Positions 1 through 10,186 of a stretch of DNA of 64,000 bases are shown here, piece after piece (within the stretch, counting starts at the first letter, position 1; each line of letters starts with the position of its first letter). The position numbers and the translations under genes are program-made. The DNA is from Eubacteriales bacterium (GTDB lineage Bacteria; Bacillota; Clostridia; Oscillospirales; CAG-272), in contig JAZOPN010000062.1 in NCBI GenBank assembly GCA_045655565.1, positions 10,546 to 74,545 on the forward strand, read 5' to 3'. Under the pieces are notes generated by a model. The model was not told where the DNA came from and did no database searches. It saw only the letters and a list, made by a program, of their open reading frames with translations.

Positions 1-2
1 AC

Positions 3-479
3 AGGATAATAGACAAGCTCGTAGCGTCCGACAGAGGATATGTCCTTACCTCTAAGAGCGGTAGGCTCACCCTCGGTGGCACAGCAGAGCCTCTGCTAGT
101 GACTACGCCCGAGGCTGTGGCTATGCGTGATGGCAAGACTGTCGAGCGCGGCAGCTTCGCTGTGGCGGCGGTAGCCGAGCTAACACGCGAGAGTGGCGAG
201 AGCGCGGCTGTGTTCGTGCTTCCCTCAGTCCTGCTCACAAACGCAGACCTCTTGTCTGCTAACGGCTATACTAACAAGGAATTTATGTATTCTCTATTCG
301 AGGAGGCATTTAATTCTTCACTTGGCATATATGGCACGAACAGCGTAATGTTCGATGCAGGAATTGTTGAGAATCTCACACAGAGAACCTCAATTGTATA
401 TACAGTCATACTGCTTCTTATACCGGTAGCGATTGCTATTTTCGGAGCTGTTATGATTATAAGGAGAAAGAATAGGTAA
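3..479 (+). CDS. C-terminal part of a GldG-like ABC-transporter auxiliary membrane protein (5' end outside the window)
   Basis: The frame is open from the window edge, with no stop between nt 3 and 479, so the GTG at 99 in the ORF track is probably internal. It ends in a hydrophobic helix plus basic tail (IVYTVILLLIPVAIAIFGAVMIIRRKNR), the same anchor as the next gene. The stop at 479 abuts the ATG at 481. Confidence 0.5.
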   Translation, partial: RIIDKLVASDRGYVLTSKSGRLTLGGTAEPLLVTTPEAVAMRDGKTVERGSFAVAAVAELTRESGESAAVFVLPSVLLTNADLLSANGYTNKEFMYSLFEEAFNSSLGIYGTNSVMFDAGIVENLTQRTSIVYTVILLLIPVAIAIFGAVMIIRRKNR

Positions 480-480
480 T

Positions 481-2154
481 ATGAAAAACAGTATTTTTTC
501 GGGAAAGACCTCTCGAACAAAAATAATAACATTTATTACTGTCATTGCTATTATTCTCATATTTGCGTTAAATCTACTCTTAACCTATTTCGCTAGAGAG
601 GGGCAGATGTTCGTTGACCTAACACCCGAGGGGCTTTACTCTCTCACAGGAAAGATGGTAGAATACTGCTCGGATGTCCTAGATGGTAAGGAGGGTGGCG
701 TTGAGAGGGATATCAATGTAAGGATACTTTTCTGCGCCGACCCCGATGTCCTCGTCGGATCGAGCGTTTTGCGACCGTCGTACTTTATGGCGCTCCAGCT
801 TCGCAACAGATTTGGCAACGCTATAACGGTTGAGACGGTGGACGCCGTGGGCAACCCTGCGCTTGTCGCACAGTATTGTACCGCTTCGAGACAGGAAATC
901 CGTGCGACGGATATGATAGTATCATATGACGGCAGATATATGATAGCCGACCTAACGACATTCTGGACAGAAAACTCCTTTTCCTACAACGGTGAATACA
1001 GAATGGCGTCGATACTAGCTTCTATAACCGCAAAGGACGCACCTTCGGTCTACTTCACGAGTGGTCACGGTGAGGAGTATTTCGATATAAACAACCCCGA
1101 CAGCGAGATGAGCCGGAAATATAGTTCGCTATACGACCTTATCACCGAGCGTGGACTTGAAATCAAGACAATCGACCTCTCTGACCCCGAGATAAATGAG
1201 GTGCCGAGCGATTGCGCCCTGATTATAGTAAATAACCCCAAGACCGACTTCGTCTATGACGAGAACTCGCTAAGCAGCTTCTACTACCGCTCCGAGCTTG
1301 AAAAAATCGACAGATTTCTTGCTAGTCACTCCGGCGCGATAATCGTGAACAAGGCATACGATGTTAAACTTCCCGTGCTTGAGGACTATCTAAAGGAGTG
1401 GAACATCGTCTTTGGCGATGGCGTGGTAAAGGATGAGACCAACTCCCCTGTCGGCATAGATGAGAATGGTACCGCTCTTTGGGGTGTGTACGATATAGAC
1501 TCTGTCGGAGGCGCGTACTACTATGAGTATGCCAATCTTGCCTCCTCACCGAGGATGCTCTTCACAAACTCGGGATATGTCTACAACCTCAACCCGGATA
1601 GCACGATAACCGAGCCGGGTGGCCACAATACGCAGAGAATATATTCGAGCTTTATCGGCACAACCGATAATGCGGTCGCGTATAAGGATGCGACCTCTAC
1701 TGTCTTTGCATCGGATAAGGGCTTCAAGTCTCTTGCGGCTATGACAACCAGAACCTGTCTTGATACATCGACTGCCGAGACTACCTATTCCTATGTCTTT
1801 GCATCGAATAGCGAGGACTTCTTGTCGAATAACATGCTCGCTAATTCATCCTATGCAAACTATAATGTGCTTTCCTCCCTTATTAGCAACATATCACGTA
1901 CGGATAGATACGCATCCATCGACCTCGGCGGTACTTCGCTAAACTCCCCGAGCTATGGTGGTAAGCAGCTGGTTAGCACAACGCTCAGCGCGACTACAAA
2001 CAAGGTTTATGACCCCGCTACCAAACAGGTTGTTAAGGTAAACTATGCCTTTGGCACGACGCAGCAGGTGATATTTACCATTCTTGCAGCAGCGCTACCA
2101 ACGATGGCACTCGTTATGTGCCTTGTAATGTTCATCAAGAGAAGAAATCTATAA
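481..2154 (+). CDS. GldG-like / ABC-type uncharacterized transport system auxiliary protein
   Basis: An N-terminal TM (IITFITVIAIILIFALNLLL) and a C-terminal TM plus basic tail (ILAAALPTMALVMCLVMFIKRRNL) bracket a large external domain. That domain contains VYFTSGHGEEYF, which I recognise as GldG-family-like. The call is from memory and was not searched. Confidence 0.65.
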   Translation: MKNSIFSGKTSRTKIITFITVIAIILIFALNLLLTYFAREGQMFVDLTPEGLYSLTGKMVEYCSDVLDGKEGGVERDINVRILFCADPDVLVGSSVLRPSYFMALQLRNRFGNAITVETVDAVGNPALVAQYCTASRQEIRATDMIVSYDGRYMIADLTTFWTENSFSYNGEYRMASILASITAKDAPSVYFTSGHGEEYFDINNPDSEMSRKYSSLYDLITERGLEIKTIDLSDPEINEVPSDCALIIVNNPKTDFVYDENSLSSFYYRSELEKIDRFLASHSGAIIVNKAYDVKLPVLEDYLKEWNIVFGDGVVKDETNSPVGIDENGTALWGVYDIDSVGGAYYYEYANLASSPRMLFTNSGYVYNLNPDSTITEPGGHNTQRIYSSFIGTTDNAVAYKDATSTVFASDKGFKSLAAMTTRTCLDTSTAETTYSYVFASNSEDFLSNNMLANSSYANYNVLSSLISNISRTDRYASIDLGGTSLNSPSYGGKQLVSTTLSATTNKVYDPATKQVVKVNYAFGTTQQVIFTILAAALPTMALVMCLVMFIKRRNL

Positions 2155-2164
2155 GGAGGATGGC

Positions 2165-5100
2165 TTGAAAAAGGTAGAAAAAAGGCGCCTATCCGGCGCG
2201 CATATAACAATGATTGTCCTTGCCTCCTCGTTCGTGCTTCTTCTTGCGGCGTACTTTATCATAACTGCAATAGCAGCGAGTCTTAACTCAAATGATAGTA
2301 CGAAAAATCCGCCCGATGTCCGTGAGGAACTCGGCGAGGCAATATATCTCAACTCCGCGATAGCATATCCACAGCTTGAGGAGTCCGAGATATTGCACAT
2401 CTATGTGGACAATAAAAACGGCAGTTATGACCTTATCCGTATGAATGACGGTAATGGTCCGTTCTGGCTTCTCTACACCGACCCGACCGGTAAGGAAGAG
2501 CTAATTCCTTACACGCCCCCCATCCTTGACGCTGAGAACAGCATGTCATATGAGGAGCTGTACGCCCTGGAGAAGAACGACGGATACGGCACGATTTATA
2601 AGCTGTCCTATCTCTGCTCTGCTCTTGGTACTCCCTATTTTAATACACGCATTGACCTACCGACAGGCACAGATGCTGAGAGCCTTGCTAAGAAGCAGGT
2701 TATGCTCGAAAAGTATGGCTTCGGTGAAAAAGAGGAGCGCGTATCCTTTGAGTGGGGTGAGAGGGATAAGGATAATAAGCTCACAGGAAACGGTGGCTTC
2801 CATCACATCATAATCGGCGGCAAGGCGTTAAATGGCGTTGGCTACTATTATCGCGTCGATGGCAGAGACTGTATCTATTATACCTCCAGTAACTACTACG
2901 ATTACGCCCTTGCCGGCTTCCATTCCTTTGTTAACGGTATGCTGGTATCTAAGGGACTTGCCGAGGACTCGGCATACGGCCCCCTGCTAACCACCGAGTT
3001 TAAGGAGTGGATGAACACCGTTTATAAAGAGGGCGCGGTTATTGACGATGCAAATGTGATTACCTGGTCGGATGTTACCACACCCATCAAGGAATCTCTG
3101 GAATACACCCCTGACCCCTCAACAGGCGGCTATCTTACTAAGGAAAATATCTCGCTGGATTTTGACCTTAGTGATAAGAGCAATATAAACTATAAGCGTC
3201 TTATGACGCTTCTTGTGGGAAAGAATGTTGGTGATTATGGTGCAGGCGAGCTTGCGCTGACATATATTAAGTCGATTTATGATTCGTCGAATATGATTAT
3301 CGACTACTCGGGTGCAAGAGAGGTTAAGTACACCTACTCGATAAGCGAGATTGAGGCGATAACCAACTATCCGAGCGGTAGCACAACCATAGAAAATACA
3401 ACCGTGGGAACCTCTATCGGCTCCACCTCTAAAATACGCATTAAGTACACCTATTCGGTCGATGGCGTGCCGTCCGGCGAGACAGTAACCGATGTTATAG
3501 CGGTTAATTCGAACGAGCTGCCAAGCGATGTTCGTTCTGCTCTTCGCGCCTCTAAGGTTGGGCCGCTTCCGTCGCCGATAGAGTTTGATATTACCCATTC
3601 TGTCAAGGAATACGAATACACAATAACCGCTATCGAGGCGATAATCGGTGATACCGAGGAGATAACCATAGCGGGTGCTACCGTTGGTGCTAACAACCTT
3701 GTTCGTGTGACATATTCCTATAAGATTGATGGCACACAGGTGAATACCATTAATCGTCACGCGGTGCTTGATTTGTCGGCACTCGGCATACCTGCTGACG
3801 CGCTTGAGATGCTTCGCGCATCGACTGTTGGAACGCTTCCGTCGCCCATAACCTTTAGCGTAGAATACACCGGAACCGCCTCGGCTATGAAGCACGGCTT
3901 CGTAAAGTCGGAGTATGTTAGGGACGCGCTCGTCTTATCGAGCATTGTCGGTATATACGATAAGAACGGTGCTACCGTCAGCAAAATTACCGATGAAACA
4001 ACAGTTCTCTTTAAGTATTATAAGGTGGTCAATGGCAAGGAGCAGGAGCCTGTTCTTGTTACTCGCGCTATGAAGGATATAAAGGATAACGAGTCCTGGG
4101 GCGCACTGTATGATGTCCTGCTTGGCAAGGGTGTTGCCACCGCGATGAATACCACTATTTATGAGACGGTGCGCGACTATGAGATGCTGCGCGACTTTGA
4201 TATCCGTAAGATTAACACCATCAGGCACTTTGTTAAGTCCGAGCTTGTCGTATCCTTTAAGTTTGCTAACGCATCGGAGCGTGACCCGTTCTATGGCGAG
4301 TCATTCTTCGAGAATACGATGGATAGCAAGTATGAATTATACGGTCTTAACGCAAATGTTGCCGAGAGCGTTGTTAAGGTGCTCGGTGGTATCGGCGAGA
4401 CCGCGACCAGTGCCGATGGACTTGCCGGCGATACGGTGGCAGTAGGTCTCTACAACTTCAATTTCGATGACGATGTTGTTGCGATAGGCCTAGACCACGA
4501 GATGATGCTCAAGTACAATCTCTACGACTACAAGATATTCTTCGAGGTGCCTCGCGGAATATATGATAAGAACGAGGTTGAAGGCACCGCATCCGAGGAT
4601 GAATTGTCCGACTACGCTTGGCAGAGCACCCTAGCCTTTACGCTGTATGTCAGCCGTGAGGACCCCGAGACGGGTAAGAGATATGTTGGCTCGGATATGT
4701 ACAACCTTGTGGCGGAGGTTGATGGCGATAAGCTCGAGTTTCTAAACCATTCCTTCACCGAGTTCTGGGCGAGAAAGTACCTATTCCTTATGGATGCTAT
4801 CAACATAGACACGTATGAAGTAGACTTAAATATGGATGATGTCTATGGTAAGTATTCATTCGATATAACCGGCAAGTATGTGTATGTCGGCAAGGACAAG
4901 AACGGTAAGCTTGTTGTGCACGATGAATACAAAGAGGGCATATCTACCTCCACGACTCCCCAGCTTAAGTTCTGGGTTGATGTGCTTCAGCACGAGGGTG
5001 CTATGCCTACCACCGAGCTTGCGAAGCTTCTGGATAGGCTCGGTACAAACGAGATATCCGTATCAGAGCTTTATAACGAGGTAATGGGTGGCGGTAAGGA

Positions 5101-5500
5101 GCTTTACCTGCCGAACAACTCTATTGAGACCGTCGGTGTATCTAACTTTATCCTTACGGTTAGAGTTCTTGAGAATATGATGTACACCGGCACTCTTACA
5201 GAGGAGGAGCAGGCGGCGGCTCTCGCGACAGAAAAACTTATGTCGATCAAGGTAAAGACCACGGGTAAGAATGCCTCCCCCTACTACTATGTGTATGAGT
5301 TTTACCGCGCTACCGACCGTAAGATTATGGTTAGACTATATCAGGTTGACGGCTCCGGAGCGGTTAAGACGGCACCCGTGTCTGATTTTTACCTATCAGC
5401 ACAGGCATTTAAGAGGATTGTATATGCTCATCTCACTCTTCTAAATGCCGAGGATATCGACTTCGAGATACCGTATCCCGATGAGGTGAATGGTGGCTGA
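2165..5500 (+). CDS. Large membrane-anchored extracytoplasmic protein (possibly DUF4340-type partner of GldG-like proteins)
   Basis: A TTG start lies 5 nt after AAGGAGG. There is one N-terminal TM (ITMIVLASSFVLLLAAYFIITAIAA). The gene sits directly after the GldG-like genes, where DUF4340-type proteins usually occur, which is a weak assignment from memory. It contains an internal tandem duplication. Confidence 0.55.
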   Translation: MKKVEKRRLSGAHITMIVLASSFVLLLAAYFIITAIAASLNSNDSTKNPPDVREELGEAIYLNSAIAYPQLEESEILHIYVDNKNGSYDLIRMNDGNGPFWLLYTDPTGKEELIPYTPPILDAENSMSYEELYALEKNDGYGTIYKLSYLCSALGTPYFNTRIDLPTGTDAESLAKKQVMLEKYGFGEKEERVSFEWGERDKDNKLTGNGGFHHIIIGGKALNGVGYYYRVDGRDCIYYTSSNYYDYALAGFHSFVNGMLVSKGLAEDSAYGPLLTTEFKEWMNTVYKEGAVIDDANVITWSDVTTPIKESLEYTPDPSTGGYLTKENISLDFDLSDKSNINYKRLMTLLVGKNVGDYGAGELALTYIKSIYDSSNMIIDYSGAREVKYTYSISEIEAITNYPSGSTTIENTTVGTSIGSTSKIRIKYTYSVDGVPSGETVTDVIAVNSNELPSDVRSALRASKVGPLPSPIEFDITHSVKEYEYTITAIEAIIGDTEEITIAGATVGANNLVRVTYSYKIDGTQVNTINRHAVLDLSALGIPADALEMLRASTVGTLPSPITFSVEYTGTASAMKHGFVKSEYVRDALVLSSIVGIYDKNGATVSKITDETTVLFKYYKVVNGKEQEPVLVTRAMKDIKDNESWGALYDVLLGKGVATAMNTTIYETVRDYEMLRDFDIRKINTIRHFVKSELVVSFKFANASERDPFYGESFFENTMDSKYELYGLNANVAESVVKVLGGIGETATSADGLAGDTVAVGLYNFNFDDDVVAIGLDHEMMLKYNLYDYKIFFEVPRGIYDKNEVEGTASEDELSDYAWQSTLAFTLYVSREDPETGKRYVGSDMYNLVAEVDGDKLEFLNHSFTEFWARKYLFLMDAINIDTYEVDLNMDDVYGKYSFDITGKYVYVGKDKNGKLVVHDEYKEGISTSTTPQLKFWVDVLQHEGAMPTTELAKLLDRLGTNEISVSELYNEVMGGGKELYLPNNSIETVGVSNFILTVRVLENMMYTGTLTEEEQAAALATEKLMSIKVKTTGKNASPYYYVYEFYRATDRKIMVRLYQVDGSGAVKTAPVSDFYLSAQAFKRIVYAHLTLLNAEDIDFEIPYPDEVNGG
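3320..3874 (+). repeat. Intragenic tandem duplication, two units of about 95 aa
   Basis: Unit 1 (3320-3607) reads EVKYTYSISEIEAI...IRIKYTYSVDG...LRASKVGPLPSPIEF. Unit 2 (3608-3874) reads EYEYTITAIEAI...VRVTYSYKIDG...LRASTVGTLPSPITF. The shared blocks were aligned by eye. Confidence 0.8.
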
Positions 5501-5555
5501 TATATTCAAATTTGCATACTGCGTATATTTTGCGAAATATTTTATAAAAAAGTAT

Positions 5556-5584
5556 TTGCATTTTTAACAAGAGTATGTTATAAT
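5556..5584 (+). promoter_or_regulatory. Sigma-A-type promoter candidate for the lipoprotein gene
   Basis: TTGCAT (5556-5561), a 17-nt spacer, then TATAAT (5579-5584), about 55 nt upstream of the ATG at 5641. Confidence 0.5.
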
Positions 5585-5640
5585 GATATGCGACACAAAT
5601 ATATTAATAATAAAAAATAGTAAAATAAAGGAAAAACAGT

Positions 5641-7734
5641 ATGAAGACAAGAATTATCAGCTTAATCCTTGTTCTCGTTATGACAGTGCTGAGCCTCGCA
5701 GGTTGTGCATACAACTATGCGGCTAATGATATGACTCAGTATGTGTCATTTGACGAGGATGAGTTCAAGAAGGCGCTATCCGCTCTCAAGATTGACGATG
5801 CTGACTTCGGCACCGATGAGGCGAAGCGCTGGGATAAGGTTTGGGACACCATCTTCTCGAGTCTTGCAAAAGAGGTGGAGAGTGATGACAAGGTTACCGA
5901 GGGTAAGCCCGGTGTCTATGACCTTTACTACTACTGCTACTATGCAACCTATACCAAGGACGGCAAGGAGATTGTAGTATTCTCTAAGAAGATGAATGCA
6001 GGCTCGCCCACTAGCCTCCAGCTCGGGCTCTCGAGTCTTGAGGACCTCAACAAGAAGATTGCAGAGGCGATTAAGGATGTTGAGCTTACAGAGAACAATG
6101 TATACACCGTCGACAGCACCACAACTACCAAGGCTGATCTTGGCAATATGGTAGCGGTTTCCTATAAGGAGGCTTATACCGAGCCGGATGGCAAGGGCGG
6201 TACAAACAAGGTTACCAACACCGTTACCAATATGATAGTTACCCTCCCCGCAGCTGCACCCGCAGATGGCGTTGAGGCCACTATCCTTGACAAGCTCGTT
6301 GGACTTAATGTTGCCGGTGAGAAGAAGTCCTTCGACATCTATCGCGATATCAATGGTGATGGCACTATTGATAAGGAGGGCGATGATGCCGAGAAGGTCG
6401 AGTATACCAACGTTGTTGTAGACTGGGTAATCAAGTCCGGTGTTAACGAGTATGGAGAGAGTGGTATCACTGTTACCGACAAGACCTATACCGCAACCAA
6501 GACCGAGACCGATGTATACGGTAAGAGTCAGGACCTCAAGGATGTCGAGCTTACCTATCACATCTTCCCCATTGGCTTTATTAAGGTTGCTGATGATAAG
6601 GATGATGTATCCGCTAAGGTTATCCTTGACACTCTTATTGGTGACGCAATCAAGGCACCCAACGATGTTGATGGCGATGGCGTTATCAAGGAGGAGAAGG
6701 ATGCCAACGAGAACGGCAAGATAGACGATGACGAGAAGAGCGAGGAGTATGCAGGTACTCTCGATGTCTTCCACGACAAGGATTACAAGAAGGGCGATAA
6801 GAAGATTGCCGAGCTTGTTAAGGAGCTTGTTGACTTTTATGCCGACCTTGCTGAGGCAGAGACCGATTTCGATGAGAAGCAGACTGCCTTTGATAAGGCC
6901 GATAAGGTTGTAAAGGATAAAGAAGCTAAGAACGAGACCCCGACCAAGGAGCAGTTAGACGCTCAGTCTACCGCCTCTACCAACCTTGAGACCGCAAAGA
7001 AGGCTAAAGAGGGCGCTGAGAAGGATGTAAACGATAAGATAGCAGATATACTTGCTTGCACTAAGGAAGGTGACGATAAGGGCATTGAGGCTGTTATCAA
7101 GGAGCAGTATAACGAGAGTGTATACGAGGGCCTTGAGAATACCTACAAGAGTGCCATCAAGAAGAACCTTGCTAAGGAGATCTACGCTACTGTTGAGAAG
7201 CTCTCTGAGTTCAAGAAGGACGATAAGGGCTGGTGGATTCTTCCGAGAGCCGCAGTTGACGAGGCCTACAAGCGCGTTCTTAACAACTATAAGTATTCCT
7301 TCTACGAGGGTGACTTTAACTCCTCTACCAGCAACTACACCAAGTATGCCGGTGACTTCTACAAGTTCCTAAGAGAGGATACTACAAACGGTCTTGGCCT
7401 TGGTAAGGATGCTACCATGCAGGACATCTACAACGCACTTGGTGCTGAGGCAGAGCAGTCGGTAAAGGATGCTATCATCGTTTATAGACTTGCTGCACTC
7501 TACGGTGATGATGTTAAGGTGACAGAGGCTGATATCGACGCATTCAAGAAGACATACAACTACTTCCTCCTTCAGTATAGCCTTGGTTATGGCAATGAGG
7601 TTAAGTCCGAGTATTATATGACCGCTCTTCAGCTCAACAAGGTTCTTAACTACCTGCTCGAGGAGAACGAGGAGACCGACGACAATCTTCTTGACTATGT
7701 ACGCATCCAGTACACCTTCAACGAGAAAAAGTAA
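5641..7734 (+). CDS. Acidic lipoprotein with trigger-factor-C-domain-like C-terminus (putative envelope chaperone)
   Basis: It has a signal peptide with the lipobox LSLAG|C and a K/D/E-rich mature part. The C-terminal ~230 aa align by eye with the protein at 8334-10130 (WWILPRAAVDEAYKRV vs RWIPEREVLAYYEDYV; AIIVYRLAALYGDDVKVTEADIDAFKKTY vs KLVFYYVLKREGFTPSSEEYEKIYNDI). Confidence 0.6.
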   Translation: MKTRIISLILVLVMTVLSLAGCAYNYAANDMTQYVSFDEDEFKKALSALKIDDADFGTDEAKRWDKVWDTIFSSLAKEVESDDKVTEGKPGVYDLYYYCYYATYTKDGKEIVVFSKKMNAGSPTSLQLGLSSLEDLNKKIAEAIKDVELTENNVYTVDSTTTTKADLGNMVAVSYKEAYTEPDGKGGTNKVTNTVTNMIVTLPAAAPADGVEATILDKLVGLNVAGEKKSFDIYRDINGDGTIDKEGDDAEKVEYTNVVVDWVIKSGVNEYGESGITVTDKTYTATKTETDVYGKSQDLKDVELTYHIFPIGFIKVADDKDDVSAKVILDTLIGDAIKAPNDVDGDGVIKEEKDANENGKIDDDEKSEEYAGTLDVFHDKDYKKGDKKIAELVKELVDFYADLAEAETDFDEKQTAFDKADKVVKDKEAKNETPTKEQLDAQSTASTNLETAKKAKEGAEKDVNDKIADILACTKEGDDKGIEAVIKEQYNESVYEGLENTYKSAIKKNLAKEIYATVEKLSEFKKDDKGWWILPRAAVDEAYKRVLNNYKYSFYEGDFNSSTSNYTKYAGDFYKFLREDTTNGLGLGKDATMQDIYNALGAEAEQSVKDAIIVYRLAALYGDDVKVTEADIDAFKKTYNYFLLQYSLGYGNEVKSEYYMTALQLNKVLNYLLEENEETDDNLLDYVRIQYTFNEKK

Positions 7735-7774
7735 TAATTGACTTGTGGCAGAGCCACAGACACCATAATGGAAG

Positions 7775-7811
7775 AGGACTGTTCATAACCAAATAGGGCA
7801 GTCCTTTTCTT
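7775..7811 (+). terminator. Intrinsic terminator
   Basis: Stem AGGACTG (7775-7781) / CAGTCCT (7799-7805), followed by TTTTCTT. Confidence 0.6.
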
Positions 7812-7834
7812 ATCTATGATGTCGGGAGATTAAT

Positions 7835-8296
7835 ATGAAGGATGTTTTTATATATACAGACGGAGCATGCCGCGGTAATCCGGGGCCCGGTGGCTGGGGT
7901 GCTATCCTGGTGTGGGGCAAATACGAGCGCGAGCTGTCCGGTGGCGAGCCAATGACGACCAACAACCGCATGGAGCTTCTTGGCGCAATATCAGCTCTTG
8001 AGGCGTTAAAGGAGTCCTGCCACGTTACCCTCACCTCAGACTCAAAGTATGTTATCGATGCCTTTACACTCGGCTGGGTGGAGAATTGGCGCGAGCACGG
8101 TTGGAGGCGCGGTAAGGACGAATTAAAGAACCCCGACCTATGGCAGAGGCTGTATGAGCTATGCAAGACGCACACCGTCGACTTCGTATGGGTTAAGGGT
8201 CACGCAGGCCACGAGTATAACGAGAGATGCGACCGCCTAGCGACCGCCTATGCCGACAGCTTTGGTACTGCTGACCCCGGTGAGAAACCATTCTAG
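7835..8296 (+). CDS. rnhA: Ribonuclease HI
   Basis: Classic RNase H1 blocks are present: [34 protein letters not shown] and [17 protein letters not shown]. Confidence 0.95.
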   Translation: MKDVFIYTDGACRGNPGPGGWGAILVWGKYERELSGGEPMTTNNRMELLGAISALEALKESCHVTLTSDSKYVIDAFTLGWVENWREHGWRRGKDELKNPDLWQRLYELCKTHTVDFVWVKGHAGHEYNERCDRLATAYADSFGTADPGEKPF

Positions 8297-8333
8297 GCAC
8301 GCGCGCATATAATATATACTTAAGGAAGAGATA

Positions 8334-10130
8334 ATGGCAAAAAAGAAAAGAAATGGCGGAGCAGGCACAGACGGTGCCGGGAGACCTAATAGATCGACGA
8401 AAAAGGCACCCGTGAGTGTTTCCAGACCTCGCACAAGACGCGAGATTGAGGCAGAGTGGGAGGCACGCCGTAAGAAGCAAGCGAAGATAATCAAGATAGT
8501 GGCGATCGTCCTTATAGCTGTTGTTATCGCGGGTATTATTGCTATGGCGATATACAGTGCTATTATGGGGCACGAGATAGACTATGATAATGATGATATA
8601 TCAAGGTATGTATACATATCCGAGGAGGACTATAAAAACATAGCCCTCAGCGTGAAGCTTGACCCTGTCGATGACCTTGCGATTGACGATGCGTTGATTA
8701 AGATACTCTACAACTTCAGGACGTTTGACCCGGATTATGAGGGTAAGACGATGACCAGCCTTAGGGCAGGTGACGTGCTCGGTGTTGGTGACGATACCAG
8801 CCTATTCTACCTAGGATATATGAAGAATGACGATGGTAGCATCTCCTACTTCAACGGTGGCTCTAATATACACCAATACACAGGCTCGCTGAATGATGTA
8901 GGTGATCCGTGTAAGATTGGATACACCTCGAGCGGTAGTGGCAAGGGCGAGATGATACCCGGATTTGCGCTCGGCCTTATCGGTAAAAATCCGAGCGACT
9001 ACTCGAAGCTCACGATTATTAAGGATCGAGCGGTAGCACCGGGTGACCTGATATCCTTTACCTACTTCCCGTTTGAGGATGATGTGGCAGACGCTGATAG
9101 CACAACCCCGATTACTATAACCGTTCATATTGGTAGCGAGGAGTGTGAGAAGCTGTTTGGCGAGGGCTTCACCGACTTTATCATTGGCCGCGAAATTGGC
9201 GAGATAAAGGAGACCTTTACCAAGAATGTCGATGGCAAGAAGACCTATTATACCAAGATGAAGGTTAATGCTATCTATGATAAGGGGGATAATCCCCTGA
9301 CCGTTACCGCCCGCTTCCCTATAAATTATGCTTCGGAGGAGCTGGCAGGCAAGGTTGTGTATTTTGACCTTTATGTGCGCGAGATGACGCTCTATGATGT
9401 GCCCACGGTGAACGAGGACTTTATTAAGGAGCGTATAGGTATGACCTTAGAGCAGCTTAACGAGTACGCCGAGGATACCAGCACTACCATATATGACAAA
9501 TTCCGCGACTATGTGCGCTCGGAGGTTGTTGCCGCTAACAAGCTGATTATCGACGAGGCGGTAGAGGAAAAAATGTGGGAGGTCTATCTCGAAAAGGCAG
9601 AAAAAAGATGGATACCTGAGCGTGAGGTGCTAGCCTATTACGAGGATTATGTATCGGAGATAGAGGCGGGATATGCCACATCGGAGCAGAATAACGGCAC
9701 AGGTGATATAGACGGCTATGCACTAACCTACCTCGGACTTGAGGCCGGGGATGATTGGCGAGAGCATCTGCGAAACACTGCAATTCGCGCTGTGACCGAG
9801 AAGCTTGTATTCTATTATGTCCTTAAGCGCGAGGGCTTCACGCCGAGTTCCGAGGAATACGAAAAAATATATAACGACATTATTGATGAGGTTTTGGGAG
9901 AGTATCTTCTTAAGGTTTCCTGTAACCGAGAGGATTTCGCATCGGATGCCGAGTATGAGGCAAAGCTTGCCGAGCACAGACAGACTGTTATAAATCTGCA
10001 AGGCGAGCAGTACTACCACGAGAATGCAATCTATCTCTATGCGCTAGAGAAAATGCTGGATATGGCTGATGTTACCAAGGTAGTATCAGAGCCTGTTGGC
10101 AGTGATATATACACCCCTATTGTGTTGTAA
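8334..10130 (+). CDS. Membrane-anchored trigger-factor-like protein (FKBP-type PPIase-like region plus helical C-domain)
   Basis: A basic N-terminal tail is followed by one TM (IVAIVLIAVVIAGIIAMAIY). IPGFALGLIGK resembles the trigger factor PPIase motif IPGFEEGLxG. The C-terminus is paralogous to the lipoprotein at 5641-7734. The call rests on motif memory only. Confidence 0.55.
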   Translation: MAKKKRNGGAGTDGAGRPNRSTKKAPVSVSRPRTRREIEAEWEARRKKQAKIIKIVAIVLIAVVIAGIIAMAIYSAIMGHEIDYDNDDISRYVYISEEDYKNIALSVKLDPVDDLAIDDALIKILYNFRTFDPDYEGKTMTSLRAGDVLGVGDDTSLFYLGYMKNDDGSISYFNGGSNIHQYTGSLNDVGDPCKIGYTSSGSGKGEMIPGFALGLIGKNPSDYSKLTIIKDRAVAPGDLISFTYFPFEDDVADADSTTPITITVHIGSEECEKLFGEGFTDFIIGREIGEIKETFTKNVDGKKTYYTKMKVNAIYDKGDNPLTVTARFPINYASEELAGKVVYFDLYVREMTLYDVPTVNEDFIKERIGMTLEQLNEYAEDTSTTIYDKFRDYVRSEVVAANKLIIDEAVEEKMWEVYLEKAEKRWIPEREVLAYYEDYVSEIEAGYATSEQNNGTGDIDGYALTYLGLEAGDDWREHLRNTAIRAVTEKLVFYYVLKREGFTPSSEEYEKIYNDIIDEVLGEYLLKVSCNREDFASDAEYEAKLAEHRQTVINLQGEQYYHENAIYLYALEKMLDMADVTKVVSEPVGSDIYTPIVL

Positions 10131-10151
10131 TTTCATATTAGTAAATGAGAG

Positions 10152-10186
10152 AGGTCGCAGAGTGTTATGCTCTGCGACCTTTTCTA
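10152..10186 (+). terminator. Intrinsic terminator
   Basis: An 11-bp stem AGGTCGCAGAG / CTCTGCGACCT with a 7-nt loop, followed by TTTTCT. Confidence 0.8.

Noticed and set aside
5776-6774. A 332-aa minus-strand ORF, with similar antisense ORFs at 3119-3895, 40381-40899, 49866-50483, 51480-52409, 55783-56904 and 58480-59094.
   Set aside because: Each lies entirely antisense to a gene with clear family motifs or signal peptides. Their compositions are low-complexity mirror images of the sense protein, and none has a plausible RBS. They are shadow ORFs.
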